Of a DNA stretch of 64,000 nt, positions 1 to 7,740 are shown piece after piece (the first letter of the stretch is position 1; every line of letters starts with the position of its first letter). The stretch is from Acutalibacteraceae bacterium (lineage in GTDB: Bacteria; Bacillota; Clostridia; Oscillospirales; Acutalibacteraceae): positions 16,570-80,569 of the forward strand of contig JBJEPQ010000019.1 in NCBI GenBank assembly GCA_051881315.1. The letters are read 5' to 3'. The notes below the pieces were generated by a model. That model ran no database searches and was not told the DNA's origin. It saw nothing but the letters and a program-made list of their open reading frames with translations. Position numbers and translations under genes: made by a program.

Positions 1-58
1 CCGATATAATTATTTCAGCGGCGTTTTCATCGCCGATATAGCCCATAATTCCGCACAT
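1..58 (-). CDS. glmS: glutamine--fructose-6-phosphate aminotransferase, first 19 codons only (gene runs off the left edge)
   Basis: The reverse complement of 1..58 reads ATG TGC GGA ATT ATG GGC TAT ATC GGC GAT GAA... = MCGIMGYIGDENAAEIII. This is the Met-Cys-Gly-Ile-x-Gly-Tyr-Ile-Gly N-terminus typical of GlmS (Ntn amidotransferase with catalytic Cys2). The fragment is too short to exclude another Ntn amidotransferase. Confidence 0.6.
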   Translation of the reverse strand, partial: MCGIMGYIGDENAAEIIIS

Positions 59-60
59 AG

Positions 61-110
61 AAAAACCCTCTTCAAAGAAATAGATTTATATCTATTCTAT
101 GCAGAGGGTT
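61..110 (-). terminator. long hairpin between the ABC ATPase stop and the glmS start; terminator-like
   Basis: Outer stem 64..71 (aaccctct) pairs with 103..110 (agagggtt). Inner stem is aatagat/atctatt. On the minus strand it is followed by a short U run (61..63/65) and then, 3 nt later, the glmS ATG. Confidence 0.45.
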
Positions 111-124
111 TATATTTATCCTTT

Positions 125-841
125 TTATTTACTCAAATTGCTTTCAGGCGTAATATTTTCATTAGTATAATCGTCAACGATTTTGCCGTCGCTTATTCTT
201 ATAACACGGTGGGCGGTCTCGGCGATAGAATCGTCGTGGGTGATGAGAATTACCGTTCTGCCCTCAGCCCAAAGCTCGTTGATTATTCGCATTACTTCCT
301 TGCCTGAGGTCGAGTCGAGATTTCCCGTAGGCTCATCGGCGAGGATAACGGGAGGCTTTGCCGCAACGGCACGGGCAATGGCAACTCTCTGTTGCTGACC
401 GCCCGACATATGATTCGGCAGATGCTCCATTCGCTTTTCAAGTCCGACTCGTTTGAGCGCCTCGGTGGAAAGCCTGTGCCTTTCCTCGGCTTTCATTCCT
501 CTGTAAATCAGCGGAAGCTCAACGTTTCCCTGAGCCGTGAGGCTCGGTATGAGGTTGAAGCCCTGGAAAATAAAGCCGATTTCACGGTTTCTGATACTGC
601 TCAGCTCGTCGTCGTCCATATCGGAAACATCCTTGCCGTTGAGAATATATGTTCCGCTTGTCACAACGTCAAGCAGTCCGAGCATATTCATCAGCGTAGA
701 TTTGCCCGATCCGGAGTGACCGACGATCGCAACGAAGTCACCCTGATCTATGCAAAGATCCACTCCGTCAAGCGCTCTGACCTCGTTTTCGCCCGGGTTG
801 TATATTTTGTATGCGTTTTTCAGTTCAATAAGATGAGACAT
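125..841 (-). CDS. ABC transporter ATP-binding protein, MacB/LolD/FtsE-like, no adjacent permease gene
   Basis: 238-aa ORF with Walker A GHSGSGKST, ABC signature MSGGQQQRVAIARA and Walker B ILADEPTGNLD. Confidence 0.9.
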   Translation of the reverse strand: MSHLIELKNAYKIYNPGENEVRALDGVDLCIDQGDFVAIVGHSGSGKSTLMNMLGLLDVVTSGTYILNGKDVSDMDDDELSSIRNREIGFIFQGFNLIPSLTAQGNVELPLIYRGMKAEERHRLSTEALKRVGLEKRMEHLPNHMSGGQQQRVAIARAVAAKPPVILADEPTGNLDSTSGKEVMRIINELWAEGRTVILITHDDSIAETAHRVIRISDGKIVDDYTNENITPESNLSK

Positions 842-1018
842 AGGCTACCTCGGATACTGTTTTTAATATAATGTATTTTACCACAGACAAGCCGGTTTTT
901 CAATCAAAATGACTGAAGTGATTGTAAAAAATATGTGAATAAAAATTAAATAATATTATTGTTGATTATAGACAAAAAGAAAGGGCGGAAAAGAAATATG
1001 ATTTGTAGACGGAGAGTG

Positions 1019-1046
1019 TTGACAAATGTTAATAATATGTTAAAAT
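1019..1046 (+). promoter_or_regulatory. sigma-A-type promoter for the riboswitch-xpt operon
   Basis: TTGACA (1019..1024), 16-nt spacer, TAAAAT (1041..1046) preceded by TGT (extended -10). It lies about 45 nt upstream of the riboswitch P1 stem. Confidence 0.5.
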
Positions 1047-1089
1047 ATAGTTGTTGTTAAGGAAATTTGCAACAAAAAACAATATCTTG

Positions 1090-1153
1090 CCGATATATTG
1101 CCGGATGAATGGCCCGGCAGTCTCTACGACAGTGCCGTAACTGTCTCTATTGG
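1090..1153 (+). promoter_or_regulatory. purine riboswitch aptamer, guanine/xanthine class
   Basis: Three-way junction readable by eye. P1 is 1090..1095 with 1148..1153. P2 is 1100..1104 with 1114..1118. J2/3 is AGUCUCUAC. P3 is 1128..1133 with 1140..1145, with an L3 containing CCGUAA. J3/1 is UC followed by UAUUGG, and the C at the specificity position indicates the guanine class. It sits directly upstream of xpt, as in the B. subtilis xpt-pbuX leader. Confidence 0.8.
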
Positions 1154-1189
1154 TGAAAGATCTGCGGTGATTTGCGGATCTGTCTCTCG

Positions 1190-1223
1190 GCAGTAGGGAT
1201 CATCCCGCTGCTTATTTTATTTT
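1190..1223 (+). terminator. intrinsic terminator forming the riboswitch expression platform
   Basis: Stem GCAGU(A)GGGA / UCCCGCUGC (1190..1211) followed by TTATTTTATTTT. The SD GGAGG (1224..1228) and the xpt ATG follow immediately. Confidence 0.65.
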
Positions 1224-1236
1224 GGAGGACTTTGAA

Positions 1237-1812
1237 ATGCAGCTTCTGGAAGAAAGAATTGTTAAAGACGGAAAGGTTTTTCCGGGTAATGTTCTGAAAG
1301 TTGACAGTTTTCTTAATCACCAGGTAGACGTAGAGCTGATCAATGAGATCGGCAAGGAATTTCACAGACTTTTTAAGGACTGCGGAGTGAACAAGATCTT
1401 TACGATCGAGGCGTCCGGCATCGGTATCGCCTGCATCACTGCGCAGTATTTTCATGTCCCGGTTGTCTTTGCGAAAAAGACTCTGGGCAAAAATATTGCC
1501 GCCGATGTTTATTCGACGCCTATAAAATCCTTTACCCACGGCAAAACTTATGATGTAATAGTATCGCAGGAATTTCTTAATGAAAACGACAAAATTCTCA
1601 TAATTGACGATTTCCTCGCTCAGGGCTGTGCTCTTAACGGTCTTATCCGCCTTATCAAATCGGCGGGAGCGGAAATTGTCGGAGCAGGAATAGTTATCGA
1701 AAAAGCGTTTCAGCAGGGCGGAGATATGATCCGCAGCGAGGGTATCCGTGTTGAATCGCTTGCCCGTATCGCCTCAATGACGGACGACGGAAAGATAACC
1801 TTCTGTGACTAA
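1237..1812 (+). CDS. xpt: xanthine phosphoribosyltransferase
   Basis: MQLLEERIVKDGKVFPGNVLKVDSFLNHQVD... and the PRPP-binding motif ILIIDDFLAQG. The ATG at 1237 lies 8 nt after GGAGG. The ORF-track start at 1222 (TTG) lies inside the terminator T-run and SD. Confidence 0.92.
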   Translation: MQLLEERIVKDGKVFPGNVLKVDSFLNHQVDVELINEIGKEFHRLFKDCGVNKIFTIEASGIGIACITAQYFHVPVVFAKKTLGKNIAADVYSTPIKSFTHGKTYDVIVSQEFLNENDKILIIDDFLAQGCALNGLIRLIKSAGAEIVGAGIVIEKAFQQGGDMIRSEGIRVESLARIASMTDDGKITFCD

Positions 1813-1860
1813 ATTTGGTAGCAAAAATTGCTATATATTAAAAATTTGGAGGAAGAACAC

Positions 1861-3108
1861 ATGAAAAAGATTCTCGCAATTCTCATGGCTATTGCTATGG
1901 TCTTTTCTTTCGCTGCTTGCGGCACAAAGAAAGACGGCGGCGACACCGAGAAGAAACTCAAGGTAGGATTTATTTTCCTGCACGATGAGAACTCAACCTA
2001 TGACAACAACTTCCTTACTGGTGCTGAAGAAGCATGTAAGAAGCTTGGTGTCGAGATGATCACAAAGAAGAACATTCCTGAGCAGAACGCTTGCTACGAT
2101 GCAGCTGCCGAGCTTGTTGACAGCGGATGCAGCATCATCTTCGCAGACAGCTTCGGTCATGAGGATTTCATGATAAAGGCTGCTAAGGACTTCACAGACG
2201 TTCAGTTCTGCCACGCAACCGGTACAAAGGCTCACACAGAGAACCTTCCCAACTTCCATAACGCTTTCGCTTCAATCTACGAGGGCCGCTATCTTGCAGG
2301 CGTTGCCGCAGGTCTCAAGCTCAACGAGATGATCGCAGCCGGCAAGTTCAAGGCTGAGGAAGCAAAGATGGGTTATGTCGGCGCATTCACATATGCAGAG
2401 GTTATCTCAGGTTACACCGCTTTCTACCTTGGTGCAAAGTCAGTTTGCCCGACCGTTACAATGGATGTTTCGTTCACCGGTTCATGGTATGACGAGACTC
2501 TTGAGAAGGAAGCTGCAAACACCCTCATTCAGAAGGGCTGTAAGCTCATCAGCCAGCACGCTGACTCAATGGGCGCTCCGACAGCTTGTGAGACAGCAGG
2601 TATTCCGAACGTTTCCTACAACGGAAGCACCGTTTCACAGTGCCCGAACACCTTCATCGTTTCTTCCAGAATCAACTGGGAGCCGTACTTCGAGTACATG
2701 ATCAAGTGCGTTCAGGACGGCAAGGCTATCGACACAGACTGGACAGGCAATCTCGGAACAGGTTCAGTTGTTCTTACCGAAGTAAACGGCAAGGCTGCTG
2801 CCGCAAACACTCAGGCTGAGCTTGATAAGGTTAAGGCTCAGTTCGACGCAGGCACACTTCATGTATTTGATGTGAACAATTTCACAGTTACTGTTGACGC
2901 TGAAAAGAAGCTTAACGTCAACGCTAAGGTTGATGCTAACGGTCACCTCACAAACTATATGGCAGACGTTGATACCGACGCTAACTACACCGCCGATACA
3001 GAGGTTGTTAAGGACGGTTACTTCCACGAGTCCGAATTCCGTTCAGCTCCGTATTTCGATGTACAGATCGACGGTATTACTCTTCTTAATTTTGACTACG
3101 GTGACTAA
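1861..3108 (+). CDS. BMP-family (Med/PnrA/NupN-like) nucleoside-binding lipoprotein of an ABC importer
   Basis: Signal peptide with lipobox MKKILAILMAIAMVFSFAAC-G. BMP-family body (KVGFIFLHDENSTYD, GYVGAFTYAEVISG). Start placed at the ATG at 1861. Confidence 0.88.
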   Translation: MKKILAILMAIAMVFSFAACGTKKDGGDTEKKLKVGFIFLHDENSTYDNNFLTGAEEACKKLGVEMITKKNIPEQNACYDAAAELVDSGCSIIFADSFGHEDFMIKAAKDFTDVQFCHATGTKAHTENLPNFHNAFASIYEGRYLAGVAAGLKLNEMIAAGKFKAEEAKMGYVGAFTYAEVISGYTAFYLGAKSVCPTVTMDVSFTGSWYDETLEKEAANTLIQKGCKLISQHADSMGAPTACETAGIPNVSYNGSTVSQCPNTFIVSSRINWEPYFEYMIKCVQDGKAIDTDWTGNLGTGSVVLTEVNGKAAAANTQAELDKVKAQFDAGTLHVFDVNNFTVTVDAEKKLNVNAKVDANGHLTNYMADVDTDANYTADTEVVKDGYFHESEFRSAPYFDVQIDGITLLNFDYGD

Positions 3109-3129
3109 ATAGGAAGAACTTTATTTATG

Positions 3130-3152
3130 GGCGGAGCCTTAAAAGCTCCGCC
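3130..3152 (+). other. intercistronic GC-rich hairpin after the binding-protein gene
   Basis: GGCGGAGC (3130..3137) pairs with GCTCCGCC (3145..3152) around loop CTTAAAA, then TTGGTTGGTTTT. This is the typical arrangement for higher expression of the binding protein than of the membrane components. Confidence 0.45.
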
Positions 3153-3251
3153 TTGGTTGGTTTTATAATTATCTGTTTTATTATGAAAAATACGTTAAAA
3201 CTAAAAATCGGTTTAACATATTTTTGACAATAAAAATTTGGAGGGCATAAG

Positions 3252-4790
3252 GTGAGTACACAGGTTGCTATTGAACTTAAAAACATTACAAAGACCTTTG
3301 GCTCTGTTGTCGCCAACAAGGACGTCAACCTCACCGTCAACAGGGGAGAGATCCTCTCGATTCTCGGTGAGAACGGAAGCGGTAAAACAACGCTGATGAA
3401 TATGATATCGGGTATCTATTTCCCGGATCACGGTCAGATCTTTGTTGACGGTAAAGAGGTCGTTATCAGATCGCCCAAGGACGCTTTTGATTTGAAGATC
3501 GGAATGATCCACCAGCATTTCAAGCTTGTTGATGTCTTTTCGGCGGCGGAAAATATCGTTCTCGGCTATGACGACGGCAGATTTAATATGAAAAAGTCCG
3601 CGGAAAAAATCCAGGAGATTCTTGACCGTTACGGCTTCGAGCTTGATCTTAACAAAAAGATATATCAGATGTCTGTCTCCGAAAAGCAGACGGTCGAGAT
3701 CGTCAAGGTGCTTTACAGGGGTGCTGATATCCTGATTCTTGACGAGCCGACTGCCGTTCTCACTCCTCAGGAGACGGAGAAGCTTTTCAACGTTCTGCGA
3801 AATATGCGCCGGGACGACAAGTCCATCATCATTATCACGCATAAGCTCAACGAGGTTATGGAGATTTCCGACAAGGTCGCCGTTCTCAGAAAAGGTGAGT
3901 ATATCGGCACGGTCAACACCTCGGAGACTACGGAATCCGTTCTTACCGAAATGATGGTCGGCAAGAAGATTGACCTCAACATCGAGAGGACAGAGGTGGA
4001 GAATAAAGAGGACAGGCTCATCGTCAACAATATGTGCTATGTCAACCGTGACGGAGTTAAGGTGCTCAACCATGTTTCTTTCACCGCAAAGTCGGGCGAA
4101 ATCCTCGGTATCGCAGGTATTGCTGGAAGCGGACAGCGTGAATTGCTTGAGTCGATCGCAGGTCTTCGTCACCTTACCCACGGCTCAATTCTCTACAATA
4201 ATGCAAAGACAGGCAAGCAGGACAATCTCAGAGACAAAACTCCCGTGCAGATCAGGGAGCTTGGAATCAGACTTTCCTTTGTCCCCGAGGACAGACTCGG
4301 TATGGGACTTGTCGGCAATATGGACATCGTTGATAATATGATGCTCAGAAGCTACAAGAAGGGTAAAACCGCTTTCCTTGAAAAGAAAGAGCCGAGAGAC
4401 CTTGCAGAAAAGATTATAGACGAGCTTGAGGTTGTCACTCCGAGCGTGAACACTCCCGTTCGCCGTCTTTCGGGCGGTAACGTTCAGAAGGTTCTTGTCG
4501 GACGTGAAATTGCCGCTTCACCGACAGTTCTTATGGCGGCATATCCCGTCCGAGGACTTGATATCAACTCATCTTACCTTATTTATAACCTGCTCAATGA
4601 GCAGAAGCAGAAAGGCGTTGCCGTCATTTTTGTCGGTGAGGATCTTGACGTTCTCCTTGAACTTTGCGACAGAATTGTTGTTATCAGCTCAGGTCAGATC
4701 TCCGATATCGTTGACGCAAGAACGGCAACTAAAGAGCAGCTCGGTCTGCTTATGACTAAATCGAAGGGAGACAGCGACGATGACAAATAA
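3252..4790 (+). CDS. ABC transporter ATP-binding protein with duplicated ATPase domains (NupO/RbsA-like)
   Basis: 512 aa. First Walker A is GENGSGKTT, first signature is VSEKQTVEI and Walker B is LILDEPT. The second half has GIAGSGQRE, LSGGNVQK and FVGEDLD. GTG start 5 nt after GGAGGG. Confidence 0.9.
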   Translation: MSTQVAIELKNITKTFGSVVANKDVNLTVNRGEILSILGENGSGKTTLMNMISGIYFPDHGQIFVDGKEVVIRSPKDAFDLKIGMIHQHFKLVDVFSAAENIVLGYDDGRFNMKKSAEKIQEILDRYGFELDLNKKIYQMSVSEKQTVEIVKVLYRGADILILDEPTAVLTPQETEKLFNVLRNMRRDDKSIIIITHKLNEVMEISDKVAVLRKGEYIGTVNTSETTESVLTEMMVGKKIDLNIERTEVENKEDRLIVNNMCYVNRDGVKVLNHVSFTAKSGEILGIAGIAGSGQRELLESIAGLRHLTHGSILYNNAKTGKQDNLRDKTPVQIRELGIRLSFVPEDRLGMGLVGNMDIVDNMMLRSYKKGKTAFLEKKEPRDLAEKIIDELEVVTPSVNTPVRRLSGGNVQKVLVGREIAASPTVLMAAYPVRGLDINSSYLIYNLLNEQKQKGVAVIFVGEDLDVLLELCDRIVVISSGQISDIVDARTATKEQLGLLMTKSKGDSDDDK

Positions 4791-5886
4791 TCCGTCAAAG
4801 GTTCATGAGCCTTTGTTTCATATCATCAAGCGCACGGCAATGCCCAAGTGGCAGAGCTGGGTTGTGCGTATCGTTTCCGTTTTGGCGGCTCTTGTTGTTT
4901 GCGGTGTTGTTACCGTCCTCCTGACGGGCGAGGATCCCATTCAGGTTTATGTCAAGATGGTCGAGGGCGCTATCGGTACAGAGAGAAGAATCTGGACTCT
5001 TGCACAGAACACGGCGATGCTTCTTTGCGTTGCCTTGGCGGTTACTCCGGCTTTCAAAATGAAATTCTGGAACATCGGAGCCGAGGGACAGGTGCTTGCA
5101 GGAGGTCTTGCAACGGCGGCCTGTATGATATTCCTTAACGATAAGCTTTCACCGGTTCTGCTGATACTTGTTATGCTTGTTGTCAGCGTTGCCGCAGGCG
5201 CAATTTGGGGACTTATTCCGGCGTTCTTCAAGGCGCATTGGAACACAAACGAAACCCTGTTCACTCTTATGATGAACTATATCGCAATGTGTATAGTTTC
5301 GTATTTTTCTTATGAATGGTCGGTTCCCAAGGGATCGGGACACATCGGCGTTATCAATGACGCAACCGAGGCAGGCTGGCTTCCGTCGATCGGCGGCAAG
5401 GCTTACCTTTGCAACATTCTTGTTGTTGCGGCGCTCACGGTGTTTATGTATATTTACCTCAAATACAGCAAGCACGGTTATGAAATTTCCGTTGTCGGCG
5501 AGAGTGAAAACACGGCGAAGTACATCGGAATAAACGTTAAAAAAGTTATTCTCAGAACGATGCTTCTTTCGGGCGCACTCTGCGGAATTGCAGGATTCTT
5601 GCTTGTCAGCGGAACGGATCACACCGTCAACCGTGACACGGCAGGCGGCAGGGGATTTACGGCGATCATGGTTTCATGGCTTGCAAAGTTTGATCCGCTT
5701 TATATGATACTTACTTCACTCCTTATTGTTTTTCTCCAGAGAGGAGCGGGCGAGATTTCGACGAGCTTCGGTCTCAACGATTCTTTCTCGGAGATCATTA
5801 CGGGAATTATTATTTTCTTCATCATCGGCAGCGAATTTTTCGTTAATTATCAGCTTAAATTCCGTGAGAAGGAGGCGAACAAATAA
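4780..5886 (+). CDS. ABC transporter permease (NupP-like, branched-chain/sugar-type permease family)
   Basis: 368-aa polytopic membrane protein. It overlaps the ATPase stop and sits directly between the ATPase and a second permease. Confidence 0.85.
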   Translation: MTNNPSKVHEPLFHIIKRTAMPKWQSWVVRIVSVLAALVVCGVVTVLLTGEDPIQVYVKMVEGAIGTERRIWTLAQNTAMLLCVALAVTPAFKMKFWNIGAEGQVLAGGLATAACMIFLNDKLSPVLLILVMLVVSVAAGAIWGLIPAFFKAHWNTNETLFTLMMNYIAMCIVSYFSYEWSVPKGSGHIGVINDATEAGWLPSIGGKAYLCNILVVAALTVFMYIYLKYSKHGYEISVVGESENTAKYIGINVKKVILRTMLLSGALCGIAGFLLVSGTDHTVNRDTAGGRGFTAIMVSWLAKFDPLYMILTSLLIVFLQRGAGEISTSFGLNDSFSEIITGIIIFFIIGSEFFVNYQLKFREKEANK

Positions 5887-6863
5887 TGTTAGTTGCGTTT
5901 ATTCAGCGTGCAGTCGTTCAGGGTATTCCTCTTTTGTTCGGCTCAACGGGCGAAATCCTTACCGAAAAGAGCGGTAACCTCAATCTCGGTACGGCGGGAG
6001 TTATGTATGTCGGCGGAATTACGGGAGTTATCGGAGCTTTCCTCTATGAGCAGAATGCGGCTCAGATGAACACCTTCCTGACAATTCTTATTCCGATCCT
6101 TTCTTCTATTCTCGGTTCGCTTTTCATGGGACTTATCTATGCTTTTCTTACGGTTACGCTCCGTGCAAACCAGAACGTTACCGGTCTTGCGCTCACAACC
6201 TTCGGAGTCGGCTTCGGTAACTTCTTCGGCGGCTCGCTCATTAAGCTCACGGACAGCGATGTTCCGTCTGTTACACTTTCTGCAACGAGTCTCGCATTTA
6301 AAAAGGGACTTCCGTTTGCCGATAAGCTCGGCTGGTTCGGAGAGGTTTTCCTCTCATACAGCTTCCTTGCCTATGCCGCAATAGCTATCGCTATCATCGT
6401 TTCGGTTTATTTCAACCGTACTCGTTCGGGACTTAATCTCCGTGCGGTCGGTGAAAATCCGGCAACTGCGGACGCCGCAGGTATCAATGTCGGCAGATAC
6501 AAGTATGTTTCGATCTGTCTCGGCAGTATAATTGCAGGCTTCGGCGGACTTTACTATGTTATGGACTATGCCTGCGGAGTTTGGTCAAACAACGCATTTG
6601 GCGACAGAGGATGGCTTGCAATCGCACTCGTTATCTTCGCTATCTGGAGACCTAATTTCAGCATCATCGGTTCAATCCTGTTCGGCGGACTTTTTATCAT
6701 TCACAACTATATTCCGAATCTCAGCATGAGCGATCAGGAGCTTTTCAAAATGACGCCGTACCTTGTTACGATCATTGTTCTTGTTGTAATCAGTATGCTC
6801 AAGAAGAGGGAGTTCCAGCCGCCGGAGAGTTTGGGACTGTCATACTTCCGTGAAGACCGATGA
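5886..6863 (+). CDS. ABC transporter permease (NupQ-like)
   Basis: 325-aa polytopic membrane protein. ATG overlaps the preceding stop (TAATG). Confidence 0.85.
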   Translation: MLVAFIQRAVVQGIPLLFGSTGEILTEKSGNLNLGTAGVMYVGGITGVIGAFLYEQNAAQMNTFLTILIPILSSILGSLFMGLIYAFLTVTLRANQNVTGLALTTFGVGFGNFFGGSLIKLTDSDVPSVTLSATSLAFKKGLPFADKLGWFGEVFLSYSFLAYAAIAIAIIVSVYFNRTRSGLNLRAVGENPATADAAGINVGRYKYVSICLGSIIAGFGGLYYVMDYACGVWSNNAFGDRGWLAIALVIFAIWRPNFSIIGSILFGGLFIIHNYIPNLSMSDQELFKMTPYLVTIIVLVVISMLKKREFQPPESLGLSYFREDR

Positions 6864-6965
6864 GGATTGTTTATTTCGGCGAATAAGGAATTTTTTGCGG
6901 TTCGACGTACCTGTGTACGCCATCACCGCAAGAAAATCCCTTCTTCATCCGAACTAAAGCAATCC
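6863..6965. repeat. approx. 100-nt imperfect long hairpin (complete copy of a local repeat)
   Basis: Left arm 6863..6900 (aggattgtttatttcggcgaataaggaattttttgcgg) is largely complementary to right arm 6926..6965 (ccgcaagaaaatcccttcttcatccgaactaaagcaatcct). The loop (6901..6925) contains the small palindrome cgtac-ctgt-gtacg. Confidence 0.6.
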
Positions 6966-6972
6966 TGAGAAA

Positions 6973-7027
6973 ATTGTTTTTCTGCGAATAAGGAATTTTT
7001 TACGGTTCGACGTACCTATGTACGCCA
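6973..7027. repeat. second, truncated copy (left arm plus loop) of the 6863..6965 element
   Basis: attgtttttctgcgaataaggaattttttacggttcgacgtacctatgtacgcca matches 6867..6922 with a few substitutions. No matching right arm follows. Confidence 0.55.
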
Positions 7028-7153
7028 GTCTCGGGAAAAATCAATAATACACAGATTCGTTTTTTACTTATTGTTAAAACGCATACACCATTTTGTATAA
7101 ACTGTTTACTTGTTTGGCAAAAAGGGTTTTTCAGAAATTTTATTTCAAAACCC

Positions 7154-7182
7154 TTTACAAAACCGCTTTCGGGTGGTATAAT
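7154..7182 (+). promoter_or_regulatory. sigma-A-type promoter for rpsO
   Basis: TTTACA (7154..7159), 17-nt spacer, TATAAT (7177..7182) preceded by TGG (extended -10). Confidence 0.55.
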
Positions 7183-7189
7183 AATAACG

Positions 7190-7290
7190 TTGTGTTTCCG
7201 CTTTCTCGGATTACGGGTTATACCGCAATGCGGTCTTCACCTGCCGTAACCTGGGAGGTCGGCGCAAAAAATATAAATGAGGTGAAAATT
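7190..7290 (+). promoter_or_regulatory. structured rpsO 5' leader, possible S15 autoregulatory element
   Basis: An approx. 100-nt UTR. The helix ttacgg/ccgtaa encloses the hairpin accgc-aat-gcggt, just upstream of the SD GAGGTG. S15 autoregulation through leader structures is established in several phyla. I cannot assign this leader to a known class by eye. Confidence 0.3.
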
Positions 7291-7554
7291 ATGACACAGG
7301 CAGAAAAGCAGGCTATCATGGCCGAGTATGCTCTTCACGAGGGCGACACAGGTTCACCCGAAGTACAGATCGCTGTTCTCACAAAGAGAATTAACGACCT
7401 TACTGAGCATCTCAAGACTCACAAGAAGGATCACCACTCAAGAAGAGGTCTTCTGAAGATGGTTGGTCACAGACGTAACCTTCTTGCATATTTGCAGAAA
7501 GTTGATATCGAAAGATATCGTTCTATCATTGCAAGACTCGGTATTCGTAAATAA
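7291..7554 (+). CDS. rpsO: 30S ribosomal protein S15
   Basis: [68 protein letters not shown]... is the canonical S15 sequence. The ORF-track N-terminal extension back to 7093 is rejected. Confidence 0.95.
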   Translation: MTQAEKQAIMAEYALHEGDTGSPEVQIAVLTKRINDLTEHLKTHKKDHHSRRGLLKMVGHRRNLLAYLQKVDIERYRSIIARLGIRK

Positions 7555-7574
7555 TTTCGGCTTTATGAGGCAGA

Positions 7575-7608
7575 CAGCATTTTCTTACTGTCTGCCTCAG
7601 TGTCGGTT
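7575..7608 (+). terminator. hairpin downstream of rpsO
   Basis: 12-bp perfect stem tgaggcagacag/ctgtctgcctca. The trailing T-tract is weak, consistent with partial read-through into pnp. Confidence 0.5.
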
Positions 7609-7740
7609 ATTTGAAATGCATCTATTTGTCGGGCAGCTTATTGGTTTTAGCAGTGAATCGACAGCTTGAAGCTCAAACTGCGGATTTATTGCTAAATCCT
7701 TGCCCGACGTAGAAATAAATTTTACAGAGAGGTATAAACA

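Noticed and set aside
1147-1539. A 130-aa minus-strand ORF overlapping the riboswitch platform and the xpt 5' region
   Set aside because: It is antisense to a well-supported riboswitch and to xpt, and it has no motifs.
7093-7290. A 66-codon N-terminal extension of rpsO in the ORF track (TTG start at 7093)
   Set aside because: S15 proteins are about 87-89 aa. The extension contains the promoter hexamers and the structured leader. A proper SD (GAGGTG) precedes the ATG at 7291.
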